A stretch of DNA of 64,000 nucleotides, taken from positions 1,113,805-1,177,804 of the forward strand of contig NMRA01000040.1 of assembly GCA_002633005.1 (NCBI GenBank). The letters run 5' to 3'. Source of the DNA: Phoronis australis (Eukaryota > Animalia > Phoronida). The notes under the pieces were generated by a model. The model had not been told where the DNA came from. It ran no database searches and worked only from the letters and a program-made list of their open reading frames with translations. The translations under genes were made by a program, and so were the position numbers. Positions 1 through 11,432 of this stretch are shown here, piece by piece (the stretch's first letter is position 1; the number at the start of each line of letters is the position of its first letter).

Positions 1-637
1 GGGATACCGATTTCGAGTTTTCACCTCGTCAAAAATACAATCTACACTTAAAACTCATCATTTAAAAAATGCTTGCTTTCATCATTGGTCCTTTCTACTT
101 CTATACATATCTTTGATGAAGCTTAGTTGTGAGAATTAAGTTGACTTTGGCGAAGAATTACAACTCCACTTTTTTGGTTGCCGTTAATTTTATCACCACG
201 TGCGCGATAACCACAAAGCATGTCAACTGAATTACGTGAGTTAGGCAAAGGTTAACACGAGACTGAGCGAAGCGCGTGACGCTAGCGCGCGACACTTCTA
301 AAATAGCATGAGAAGGTATCGGGTGAAACTTGTAAGATGTGTGTCCCTTGGACTTTTTATTCGTCAACATGCGTAATTTCACGTAACTTCCTCAAAATGG
401 CACCCGGCAACTGAGAGAAACTCGGGCAAACCGCGACAGATTTTCATCGATTTGTTCAAGTTTTGCGGACTAAATTGTATCCAGAGTCGTGGTATGTGTT
501 AATTATAACTCCGTGTTCCTATATGTATGGTTCATTTGATTTTATTTGCTGTATTTTGAAATGAGTAACTTTTTGTGAGGATGTACTATCGCCCCTGAAT
601 GCCTGCAGCATCCAGTGCGATGTAATTGCCTAGGGGC

Positions 638-884
638 CATCGTGTGTGCAGCAAACATTTTCCTGGTGGAAAAAAGACTTATGAGAACAACATTCCGACG
701 GAGTTTCCTCTTAAAATTAACGTCTCTAGCATATCCACAGCGAAAGCTACAAAAGTTAAGCAACCCAAGAACTCTCAACTTGTCTGAAACCGGAGGAGAT
801 TTCGAAATCAACGCCGATAACCCCAATACTGAACACGGCGACAGTCGTGCTCTCGGTCACACGGTCACTGATCATAGCTACGCT
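638..884 (+). pseudogene. THAP zinc-finger C-terminal relic (HRVCSKHFPGGKKTYENNIPTEF) followed after a frameshift by a DHSY motif; transposase-derived
   Basis: Manual translation of 638-718 gives the VCSKHF...IPT THAP signature; GAT CAT AGC TAC at 870-881. Confidence 0.65.
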
Positions 885-1278
885 GTGTTTACAAACGAGA
901 GAGAGGACTTGCTTGGTATTATAAAGCAAAAAATGAAACATGGTTTTTAGTTTGCAAATCACTCCAAATGCACACACTATCCAGCCTGCTCAAGACATGC
1001 CTGACCACAAGCTATCCCATGAGCCTTCGCGCAGGAAGTAACTCGCACATGCGCAATGCGTAGTTCGTCTGCGCTGCAAATCCGCTATTGTGTACTTTTC
1101 CTGTTCCCAATCATTTGAAAAAAAAAGTAATGTAATGAAATTGTCATATTTTAGCCATAAGTTAGTTTTTTCACCTTGATGAGCTCATTTTCCCCTCCCT
1201 GGGTCGAAAGTTGGAATTTAGAAATTTTTATTAGAGTAGCTTGGTTTTTCTAGTAGACCTGCTTTAGAACCTTATTAT

Positions 1279-1422
1279 TGTGTAGATCATGTTACAGATA
1301 TACTTTCCTGTTCATGTGTAGATCATGTTACAGATATACTTTCCTGTTCATGTGTAGATCATGTTACAGATATACTTTCCTGTTCATGTGTAGATCATGT
1401 TACAGATATACTTTCCTGTTCA
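1279..1422. repeat. Perfect minisatellite, 36 bp x4
   Basis: tgtgtagatcatgttacagatatactttcctgttca repeated four times. Confidence 0.95.
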
Positions 1423-2147
1423 ATGAAGTTATTATTGTTCTTTCTTCAAGTTTTGTCACTCACGATGGTCAAATTAGTTTACTGTCTTGTAAATTTCCCA
1501 AGACAGAAGTCAATCTTCCATGTATTTCTAAAGCCTTTAAGTGAACTCCTGAAGTTGTTTGCCAGGGTTTTGATGAAACAAACTGCTGGTTGAGCCTATT
1601 GTAGTCCATCTCACTGTTCTATCTTTGCCCCAGGCCCATGATTGTATTGTTCTAATTGTTGTTTATTCATATTTTCACAGCCAAAGGTAATAGCAGGGTT
1701 TGGTCTATCTGTCGAACACTTCTTACGAATCCCCGCTTGGTACAAAAATGTTATTCTAGGTGGTGGCTACAAAGCTTAAAATATACTGGCCACAATTCTT
1801 TTTAAACCACTGAACTCTTGACTTCATGGCTAGATTTAACGTATTACAAAGCAACAGAATTAGTTGTTAAATGTAGGAATTATCACTTCTAACCTTAATC
1901 TAGTGTTAGTCATTTTAATTTCTTATGGCATGAAAAATTATTTGATCATTGGTATAAAGTGGCTTTATTTGTTTTGACACTTCAGCGGCGAGAAATTTTC
2001 ACTACCGGAACAGAAATGGGAATTTTCTCCCGTATTTCAGCATTCCAGTCTCAGCCAATCACTCAAGTTACTCTCATTTTTTCTTTGCTAATAAGGTCTC
2101 AAACTTGCTTTCCTCTTGTGCCTTATTTCTAGTCTTGACTTGTAGTA

Positions 2148-3259
2148 CCGTATTCACCCTAATAAGCGCCCAGGGCGCTTAGAAAAATTAGTTTCAGGAA
2201 GGGGGCGCTTATTAAGATATTTTAGTTCCTGTGGATTAACTGCATACTAAGTCCAAATCTGCGCTAGATTGTACCGCGAACACACATGTTGTTGTCATAT
2301 GACGTTTGTTTTGAAGTTCATCTGCGTTTGTGTAAGTGAGTGAGCACGTGGGTGTCATCAGAGTTTATTTGCCAGAGTAAACGCAATGTAACGATCTAGG
2401 TTTGCATTGTAACTAAAAAAATTAACGCAAGTAGTAAAGCAGAACATGTTTTATTCAGCGCTTGTTGATCTCGTCAGTAAAAACATTCGAGAATTGTCTC
2501 AGTGAGTTGCCGGGTGACTGGATGCGTGACAGTCTAACAGTTATTATCCGGGACATCTGGGGGGTGTAAGAGTGCGGACGTGCTGACTGTCAGTGGTTTA
2601 TTTTGACTCTGAAAACACCAGTTACGCAAACGTTTTAACAGTATTAGAAACTTTCTGAAATTAGTTCCAATATTTATTTCTTGCCAATGCTATGCTACCC
2701 GTTTCATGAATGGGTACTTCCTGATGATTAATGTCTTCGATGACGGGTACATATATGTAGCGCACGATTCCTGGCCATGTGCTTTTAACACTGGTCAAGT
2801 TTTTATTAGTCTTCGATTCACGGTTTTCACGTGTACAAAGAAATTTGGATACCTGTTGAGAGAGAAGATCTGTACGGGAAAGATACAACACAATCCCTTT
2901 GACAAGTACACTGCATCTGTTCTGAAAAGCCAGACCATAATGGGACACATTCCTCGCAGATCAGCAAAACTTCTGCGTTCTTTATGAAGCATGGCGGAAG
3001 TTTGAAGTGCATAGTCACTATTAAATAGTTACCGACATAGCGGCGAGGTTCGTGGTCTTTAAAATCCATGCACAATTATTTTTTCAGGACTGTCAGATCT
3101 TGTCGATAAATTGAAAATGATACTGTAGAATTTTAGAACTGTAGGTAAGGCATTTTTCGCATATAAATGTTCATGGGCTGGGCGCTTATTTTACCGAAGT
3201 CTGAAAACGCATGGGGGGGCCGCTTATAGGGGCATGGACGCTTATTAGGGCAAATACGG
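2148..3259 (+). mobile_element. Non-autonomous TIR DNA transposon (Tc1/mariner-pogo-like CCGTA termini, TA TSD) carrying a decayed HIRAN-like coding region
   Basis: TA|CCGTATTCACCCTAATAAGCG ... CGCTTATTAGGGCAAATACGG|TA; subterminal ATAAGCGCCC motifs; second copy at 31731-35623. Confidence 0.85.
2810..3020 (+). pseudogene. HIRAN-like domain relic (IHGFHVYKEIWIPVERE / HNPFDKYTASVLKSQTIMGHIPR / FFMKHGGSLKCIVT)
   Basis: Three frameshifted blocks matching G[YF]HVY..IW.P, N..D...V......GH.P and GG...C.VT. Confidence 0.65.
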
Positions 3260-4377
3260 TACTTGATGTTTGGATCTACTGGTGTCTGTACTCTGGTCTT
3301 TTCCCCGAGTCATTATTATGCATTGGGGAACAGGATATTAAAGACACTCTTTCTCACTTTACACAGCCTCATGTTTGATCATATGATTCAGATAAGTTCC
3401 ATTTAACTGTGGCTTATGGCGAATAGCCTAATCCACCAGCTTATTGAAGATGAAATAACTTGGGTATGACTTGTGTTCATCGGTCTTATTCTTGTTTTAA
3501 TACAGGAAGTAAGTTAGCCCTCCTACTAGTACTCCTTTTGTGATACACCAATGTGGAAGCATATCAATGCTTTGATCTTTTCTCTTCAAGCAGCCACTAA
3601 AAAGAGTTTCATCATTTCTTGGAAAAAGTTTCACATGTTCAAGGGTACCTCCTGTGTTTGTCATTGTTTCTCATTATCAAGAGGAAATTTTGTTTCTTTA
3701 TATATACAAATTGTAAAAAATCAAGTCATCAAAACATGAGAAGTTGACCTTTTGATAGTATAACCTGCATTGCTCAAAAAGTGGTTACATAATCCAATGA
3801 TGTCTTTTTTCATGCCATTGCATACTGAAATTCAATGTATAGTCAGTGTAATAATTTACTTCTAATCCAGTTGACGGTAAACTTTATCTTTCACAGGAGG
3901 TATATGTTTCATGTATTACCAAATGGTTGTTGGTTGTCAAATTGTTTGTCCCTTTGTACACAAACCCATGTGTGATCACGTGATTGTAAGAAGTGTGAAT
4001 GGTTTGCTGCCAAAGAAAGTTTCTTCTGATTCATATTTCAATTGGTTTGTTGCACAAATTTGTCACAAAGTGAATGGTTGGGATCTTTGAAATGTATGGT
4101 GTATGTTTTTTTTCATTTTTTTGAAAAATGCATGTTCTTTGCTTCCTTGTGACAATACGTATTTTTGACAATATATTGTTTGCATTGATTTTGCAATACT
4201 ATATTCATTAAGGTAAATGTCAACTTTCCTGTGACTTAATCAGAATTTGAACATTTCTAAGTGATTGCCTGATCAAATGTGTAGAAATGCCCCAGATTTT
4301 TTAATTTCGTTTTAAACACCCCGTGAGCTTGTCTGAACGGATATCGTAGTATTATTTTGCAGTGTAAGATGATCACT

Positions 4378-4536
4378 TACTTAGAGACGTGGTAGGTTGG
4401 TTGCAGAGGGACTAGGTCTTTATCAATGAATGAGGGATTTCCTGCCCCTGAAAGGTGGGGAATCTCTCATTCATTGATAAAGACCTGGCGGACCAGGTCG
4501 AAACGTCTGCAACACACCCTACCATGTCTCTAAGTA
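4378..4536. mobile_element. Penelope-like inverted pseudo-LTR (fold-back) containing a minimal hammerhead motif
   Basis: Imperfect ~160 bp palindrome tacttagagac...gtctctaagta; motif TTGATAA-AGACCTGG-cgga-CCAGGTC-GAAA-CGTC in the right arm. Confidence 0.65.
4474..4507 (+). ncRNA. Minimal type-I hammerhead ribozyme-like motif, U3-A8 variant
   Basis: UUGAUAA core, 7-bp stem II, GAAA, palindromic ACGU stem III, C17 site; stem I weak. Confidence 0.5.
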
Positions 4537-4938
4537 CTCTCGAATTCCGAATAGCCGTATCTATACGATGATTTTTTTCAGACCCGTTTTCCGGTCTATA
4601 CGACGCTTATTCAGGTCTCTACGTTCATTATTTTTTTAACCTTTTTCCGCTCTCCACGATTACTTGATTGAGCAAGTTCTCAATTTTTGTTTCATTCAAT
4701 ACACAAAAACTTTGCTGATGACACCGGATATCGTATCTTGGTCATAAGACGTAGCAAATTCGCTCTAAACCTCTAGACCACGAGACACTCAGTATAAAAT
4801 TTGTTACACACGGAAGTCACATGTCATACACATTAAAAGATTTTATTCGTTAAAATATACAACTGTATGTTTCAAAGTGTAAAATAATAGGACTGCCAAG
4901 CAAGCGGCCGTCTGTTGGATGGCAAGAATGTTATTTTG

Positions 4939-5918
4939 CATAGGCGGATTTAGGGGGGGCCCGGGAGCCCCCCTTGGCTGCCGCAAAAACATAAAACAGC
5001 AAGAGCGTAGGGAAATGTTGAGTTTATTAATTAACCCCGGTAATTAACATTATACGGCAGAAACAAGATTTAAATGTGTGCAGTTTTAGTGTGTTTGGGG
5101 GGGGGCTCGGATCCAATTTCAAGTGTCAAATTCGGAACATGACTACATATAGGCTCTCCCGCGATATCCCAGACGACCGGCAGTGGCACTGGGCACTACG
5201 ACTTGGTTTTCGTCGTCTGCTTTCCTGTGCAATGAAGAAAATTACTTCATTTTTTTAAAGAAAATGGAATCTGAGTGATGATGAAAAAACAGAAGCTGCT
5301 GGTAAGATGTGAATTTTAATCGAAGCCTTAGTGAATCACTCAGAAAGTCATAATTCTCTCTTTTTCAAACCTTAACTTAAGACGATTTTCAAAGCATTCA
5401 CGTCATAAATGCCAACACAAAAAAACGGATTTGGTCTTTTGGGCAATTGAAGACTATTTTAAATACAACAAATTTGTTACGAACTGATTGCACAAAATAT
5501 AAAAAAGTGTAATAAGCATTACAAAAAGAAGTAGGTTTCGCGCGCAAACACTGTGGACCATGAACAAGTAGGTCTCTTATTACCAAATTATGAGTGAAAT
5601 CCTGGTAGTGCAGTGGTAAAGCACGCGCACTCTATCCACCAGGTTGTGAGTTCGACTCTGTGATAATTGAGTTTTTCATGTTTGACACGTTCTCCGATAT
5701 TTTTTTTCTTTTCTTTGCGTTTTTTGCTTGGATAATAGTTCAGGAATCAAGGAAAATGCTTGATTTTTAGAGGAGAAAACAAAAATTTTCCTGGGCGGGG
5801 GGGCCAACCCCCCTGCCGACCTCCCCCCATTCGGTGCTATGCGCATCTAATTATGCTTTGCACAAATGTTTTCAGACAAAATGTTGGTCCCCCTTGTGAT
5901 ATCCTAGATCCGCCACTG
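4939..5918 (+). mobile_element. hAT-like element with 5-bp TSD (CATAGGCGGATTTAGG...CCTAGATCCGCCACTG)
   Basis: Imperfect TIR; TTTTG on both sides; shorter relative at 41203-41419; isolated right end at ~27290-27306. Confidence 0.75.
5601..5659 (+). repeat. tRNA-derived (SINE-head-like) segment inside the element above
   Basis: A-box TAGTGCAGTGG and B-box GTTCGACTC; no intact cloverleaf. Confidence 0.5.
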
Positions 5919-6165
5919 TTTTGGACTGGTTCAACGGGATCGGCCAGAATTAAGAAAGTGTTGGCAAACTTTAAATGATGACCACTTCTTTCAATATTAA
6001 CGGCTGGTCGGCAGTCGCTCAAAGAAATAGGCCATCAGTATTTTCAGAAATGAGGAATTTAATGCACAAAAAGTGCATTTTTCAATATTCTGCGTGCCCC
6101 AGATACAGATCAGTGTTACCGGCAGCTCAACATGCATATGAATAAAAACGCTTTTGACGAGTTTC

Positions 6166-9100
6166 TTTGGGTGATCCAATATTTATGATTGCACCCTGTG
6201 AAAAACTGGCAAGCTGTTACAACTCTTCACTGTGTCTGTCCCCGAAGTATGCGTTTCCGAGGGGAGTAATTCCAGGATTTTGCACAGCCAGTGTCATCTG
6301 CGGTTTCCGTCATTATTGACATGCGCATTCTAGATACTTAATCGTGTCGTCTGCCGCGCAAAGGCATAAGGAATTTGAGGATTATTTTACAAACTGAGAG
6401 ATGTTCCAGATACAGACATTGATTCAAATGTTGGTACGACAAATAATCCAGCTACAGATACGGACCGTTGTGATAACACGGCCAGTCAACGAAGCACAAA
6501 TACCCATGCAGTTAATGAACGGTGCCGAACCTTTCAATCAACAAAGTATCAACAAGTTGCCGACAACATCGGACATCAGCATTTTTGCAATTCGCTCCAA
6601 ACTTGAGAATAGATTGTTTTTATGAACAGGAAGAATGGACTTGTGACAATCTTGAAATGACATAGTTGCTAACGTTCGACAATCCAGTCGATATCTATTG
6701 AAATTGATTTCTACTTGCTCTCCCGTCCAAATAAATGGAAAAACGCATGTGAATCGGTTTGTTTATTATACGTAATTAGATATTCAAGATGGTGGACGTG
6801 GTCGTGGACTGGAATGTTGGGCAATTCTGCAAGAAATCTCAATTTCTGGCCGTGTAAAATTATGGATGTGCCGACTTTTTGACGTCGAATTCTGATAAAC
6901 ATTACGAGGGTATTGACTATGAACGCTGTGCAAGACATGAGATTGAGAGAAAACAAAGGCTCGCCTGTCAGGAACATGTATGATAAAAATGCGACACATT
7001 TTACCAAGACACTTAATTGTCTTTATTCAGTCTGTCGGCTTCGATCGTGGAAGACTGGACGTTGCTGCTAAAATCTTTACCTCCTTGTTATAACTTTTGG
7101 ACTTAGTCGACATTGGCATCTCTACTATAACTGTCACATTCTTTTTTGAGTAAAATGATTCCACATACTGTTTGAAACAACGTCTATACAGACTTCCATT
7201 TAAAGTTACTGTCTTTGTTTTAGCAATGACACTTTATTCCACTTCACTGTACTATGTTATGGCATTGGTGGATACACCACTGCAATGATTTAACTATGCT
7301 AACGTTCAATTTAAAAGTTTTTCTTTGAAACAATTACTTAAAGCGGTGGTAAGTCGGACAGAATTAGCTTCTTTGTACTATTATTCCAATCTATATCATT
7401 AGATTTTCCACTTCCATCTACCGTTACTAAATTTTACGCAAATTTGTAATCAATGTTATTCCAGTTTATACTATTTTTATTTTTCCACAAATTGCCCGTC
7501 TATACCATTATTCCTTAGAATTTGCTGTTTTGCATTATTCCCTTCTATATCAATATTAGATTTTACCTAAATTTGTAATCAATGTTATTATTCCAGTCTA
7601 TACTATGTTTTAAATTTCCACAAATTTGCCGTCTATATCATAATTCCATTCTATACTATTATTAATTTTTTCTGACAATTTCCGGTCTATACTATTATTC
7701 TACTTTTCTTTTGGCAAAAATGTTGGGTCTATACTATTATTAGAGTCTCTACTATTATTAAAAATTGTGAAATTTTCCAGTCTATACTATTATTGCTGTC
7801 TCTACAACTATTCCGAACTCGAGAGTACGTGATCATCTTACACTGAAATGCCTCTAGAGACCAATGACCAACTTATTCTCCAGTGTTATTTTGCTCTGGC
7901 TAAGAGTTGAGTGCTTACATTGTGGAACTNTTTGGGTGATCCAATATTTATGATTGCACCCTGTGAAAAACTGGCAAGCTGTTACAACTCTTCACTGTGT
8001 CTGTCCCCAAAGTTTGCGTTTCCGAGGGGAGTAATTCCAGGATTTTGCACAGCCAGTGTCATCTGCGGTTTCCGTCATTATTGACATGCGCATTCTAGAT
8101 ACTTAATCATGTCGTCTGCCGCGCAAAGGCATAAGGAATTTGAGGATTATTTTACAAACTGAGAGATGTTCCAGATACAGACATTGATTCAAATGTTGGT
8201 ACGACAAATAATCCAGCTACAGATACGGACCGTGGTGATAACACGGCCAGTCAACGAAGCGCAAATACCCATGCAGTTAATGAACGGTGCCGAACCTTTC
8301 AATCAACAAAGTATCAACAAGTTGCCGACAACATCGGACATCAGCATTTTTGCAATTCGCTCCAAACTTGAGAATAGATTGTTTTTATGAACAGGAAGAA
8401 TGAACTTGTGACAATCTTGAAATGACATAGTTGCTAACGTTCGACAATCCAGTCGATATCTATTGAAATTGATTTCTACTTGCTCTCCCGTCCAAATACA
8501 TGGAAAAACGCATGTGAATCGGTTTGTTTATTATACCTAATTAGATATTCAAGATGGTGGACGTAGTCGTGGTCGTGAACTCGAATGTTGGGCAATTCTG
8601 CAAGAAATCTCAATTTCTGGCCGTGTAAAATGATGTATGTGCCGATTTTTTGACGTCGAATTCTGATAAACATTACGAGGGTGTTGACTATGAACGCTGT
8701 GCAAGACATGAGATTGAGAGAAAACAAAGGCTCGCCTGTCAGGAACATGTATGATAAAAATGTGACACATTTTACCAAGACACTTAATTGTCTTTATTCA
8801 GTCTGTCGGCTTCGATCGTGGAAGACTGGACGTTGCTGCTAAAATCTTTACCTCCTTGTTATAACTTTTGGACTTAGTCGACATTGGCATCTCTACTATA
8901 ACTGTCACATTCTTTTTTGAGTAAAATGATTCCGCATACTGTTTGAAACAACGTCTATACAGACTTCCATTTAAAGTTATTGAATAAACGAATGGTCTTT
9001 GTTTTAGCAATGACACTTTTATTCCACTTCACTGTACTATGTTATGGCATGGGTGGATACACCACTGCAATAATTTAACTATGCTAACGTCAATTTAAAA

Positions 9101-9712
9101 GTTTTTCTTTGAAACAATTACTTAAAGCGGTGGTAAGTCGGACAGAATTAGCTTCTTTGCACTATTATTCCAATCGATATCATTAGATTTTCCACTTCCA
9201 TCTACCGTTACTAGATTTTACGCAAATTTGTTATCAATGTTATTCCAGTCTATACTATTTTTAATTGTCCACAAATTTCCCGTCTATACCATTATTCCTT
9301 AGAATTTGCTGTTTTGCATTATTCCCTTCTATATCAATATTAGATTTTACCTAAATTTTTAATCAATGTTATTATTCCAGTCTATACTATGTTTAAATTT
9401 CTACAAATTTGCCGTCTATATCATTATTCCATTCTATACTATTATTAATTTTTTCTGACAATTTCCGGTTTATACTATTATTCTACTTTTCTTTTGGCAA
9501 AAATGTTGGGTTTATACTATTATTAGAGTCTCTACTATTATTAAAAATCGTGGAATTTTCCAGTCTATACTATTATTGCTGTCTCTACAACTATTCGGAA
9601 CTCGAGAGTACGTGTTCATCTTACACTGAAATGCCTCTAGAGACCAATGACCAACTTATTCTCCAGTGTTATTTTGGTCTGGCTAAGAGTTGAGTGCTTA
9701 CATTGTGGAACT
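6166..9712. repeat. Near-identical ~1.77 kb tandem duplication (6166-7929 / 7931-9712) split by a single N; probable uncollapsed haplotypes
   Basis: Copies differ only by SNPs and small indels; junction exactly at the n at 7930. Confidence 0.85.
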
Positions 9713-10079
9713 GAAGAATTTCTGTTATTAAACTGCATGTAAAAAAAGCAATGCTAGTGTTTTGCAGTTATTTCACTCAATGCAGTAGTTAATTACTTGA
9801 AGTCAAATATTATATCTATCATTCAGTAAGTTGTGTACTTTGACCTGCAAGACAAATTTCCTTTCAGTAAGTATGTGTGAGATACTGCTTGAGCATAAAA
9901 TTTATGGTTTTTGGGAAATTATCCCGACTATTTTCTTGATGTGATCCTTAGGTCCTTAGTTCCATAGGCTTTTCCTTAGATTTGTAAACTACAACTGTGC
10001 TGCTTAACTGAATCATTTCTGTGGCCTCTATATCTTCGCCATGTCAGCTGCAGATGACCTTGTGACATTTAATCCACAG

Positions 10080-10185
10080 ACATGGTCAGAGGAAATACCC
10101 ACCACACCAGGTAGAGGTAGAAGCCATCCAACACAAGACCACACAGATCTTCCATAAAGTCTATTTCCCTGATGATAGTGATGAG
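10080..10185 (+). CDS. MYO7A: Myosin VIIa internal exon (end of MyTH4-2/start of FERM-2: [35 protein letters not shown]); upstream exons not found in window
   Basis: cag| acceptor, |gtattg donor; translation closely matches the myosin VIIa motif [29 protein letters not shown]; 106 nt, ends in phase 0. Confidence 0.93.
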
Positions 10186-10514
10186 GTATTGTGATATCAA
10201 GTGACAGTACATGCATAACTCTCCTAGGGCTTTGTTCTTACAGTTAGCCAAACACAGGCTTCACATAACACTCATAGGCGTAATTGTTCAACAGTTAGCT
10301 ATAAACTGACTTCACTGTTCACATCACATAATGCTCATATGCCATGTTCTCACAGATAGCTATAGAAGGGCTTCACTGTTGACGTCGTATAACGCTAATT
10401 GGCCAGAGATGAGTTTCACTGTGGACAGCTCACGTAACGCTCGTAGTCCTTGATAAAAGCATGAAAATTTTGAGATGTCCAGTTGAGAAAACAGATTAAG
10501 TTTGAATCTAATAC

Positions 10515-10943
10515 TGGAATAAAAACTTACAAAAAATTAGCGACGTTGCATCTGCATCTCATGGACTTCAGCTTGGCTTGTGAGGTCATCGTTATTCTGG
10601 CCAATTGCTGGCGTTTTGACCAGATGGCGTGGCATTGACATCAGAGCACCATCCCATACGTGTGACAAATCGAATCTTAAACCGCCTCTTTTATTTAAAG
10701 AGGGACTCTCAATGAGCTCATGGAGAGCTTCCTTTACACCCCTTCTGAACCAGTCTTCTTGAGGCGGTTTAAGATTCGATTTATCACACGTATGGGATGG
10801 TGTTGATGGTGTTCTGACGTCAATGCTGCGCTGTCTGGTCAAAACGCCACCAATTGGCCTGAATAGCGATAACGTCACAAGCCAAGCTGAAGTTCGTGGG
10901 ATGCGGATGTGATGTCGCTTATTTTTTGTAAGTTTTTATTCCA
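10515..10943 (-). mobile_element. Penelope-like element 3' fragment with inverted pLTR; GIY-YIG endonuclease C-terminus
   Basis: Arms 10515-10688 / 10761-10943 are inverted copies; minus-strand EDWFRRGVKEALHELIESPSLNKRGGLRFDLSHVWD is a typical PLE endonuclease end. Confidence 0.8.
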
Positions 10944-11317
10944 AACTTGATCTGCTCAAAGGCCTTGTTCGTAGTCGATATAAAAGTGAAGAAGGTAATT
11001 AAAGTAAACATTGATTAATAACATCTAATTGGAGTCAAAAATTCATTATGATTACTGCCTGCAAGTTAAGGATTTTTAAATATCCCATTATAACGTAACT
11101 ACAGCTATTGATTACAGAAACATTGGTAAATATTGATATTGTTGGTCATTTCGCAATTGAAAAATCTGCAGATGTTTGTTTATTTGTGTGAAGGGTATGT
11201 AGCAAATACCATAAGACTGAAGCATGCAATTTGCAGAAGCCAAGATAATGGTGCAATTATGACTTGAAAGTATCTTTTTTAAACAAATATGTGTTCTTCA
11301 TGGTATTACCATTGCAG

Positions 11318-11432
11318 GCATTTGAAGTGGATTCCAGTACACGGGCGAAGGACTTCTGTCAAAGCATTGCCAATAGACTCAAGTTAAAGTCAGCAGAAGG
11401 CTTCAGCTTATTTGTGAAAATTGCTGATAAAG
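11318..11432 (+). CDS. MYO7A: Myosin VIIa exon ([38 protein letters not shown])
   Basis: ttgcag| acceptor, |gtgag donor; FERM-2 F1 lobe; 115 nt, phase 0 to 1. Confidence 0.95.

Larger units (their letters stand above)
4537..7825. mobile_element. TA-flanked TIR element (CTCTCGA.TTC.GAATAG termini) with nested insertions; right end duplicated at 9608
   Basis: TA|CTCTCGAATTCCGAATAG ... CTATTCCGAACTCGAGAG|TA; arrays of tctatactattatt subterminal repeats at both ends. Confidence 0.7.

Noticed and set aside
1278-1544. ORF with MCRSCYRYTFLF repeats / CRISPR-like array
   Set aside because: Perfect 36-bp minisatellite without spacers; eukaryotic context, no cas genes
6401-8390. Duplicated 74-aa gene MFQIQTLIQ...
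   Set aside because: Lies in a repeat within a probable haplotype duplication; frame not preserved in the 50.8-kb copy
1-10079. Further upstream MYO7A exons (MyTH4-2)
   Set aside because: No segment with matching translation and splice sites found by eye; a short exon could have been missed
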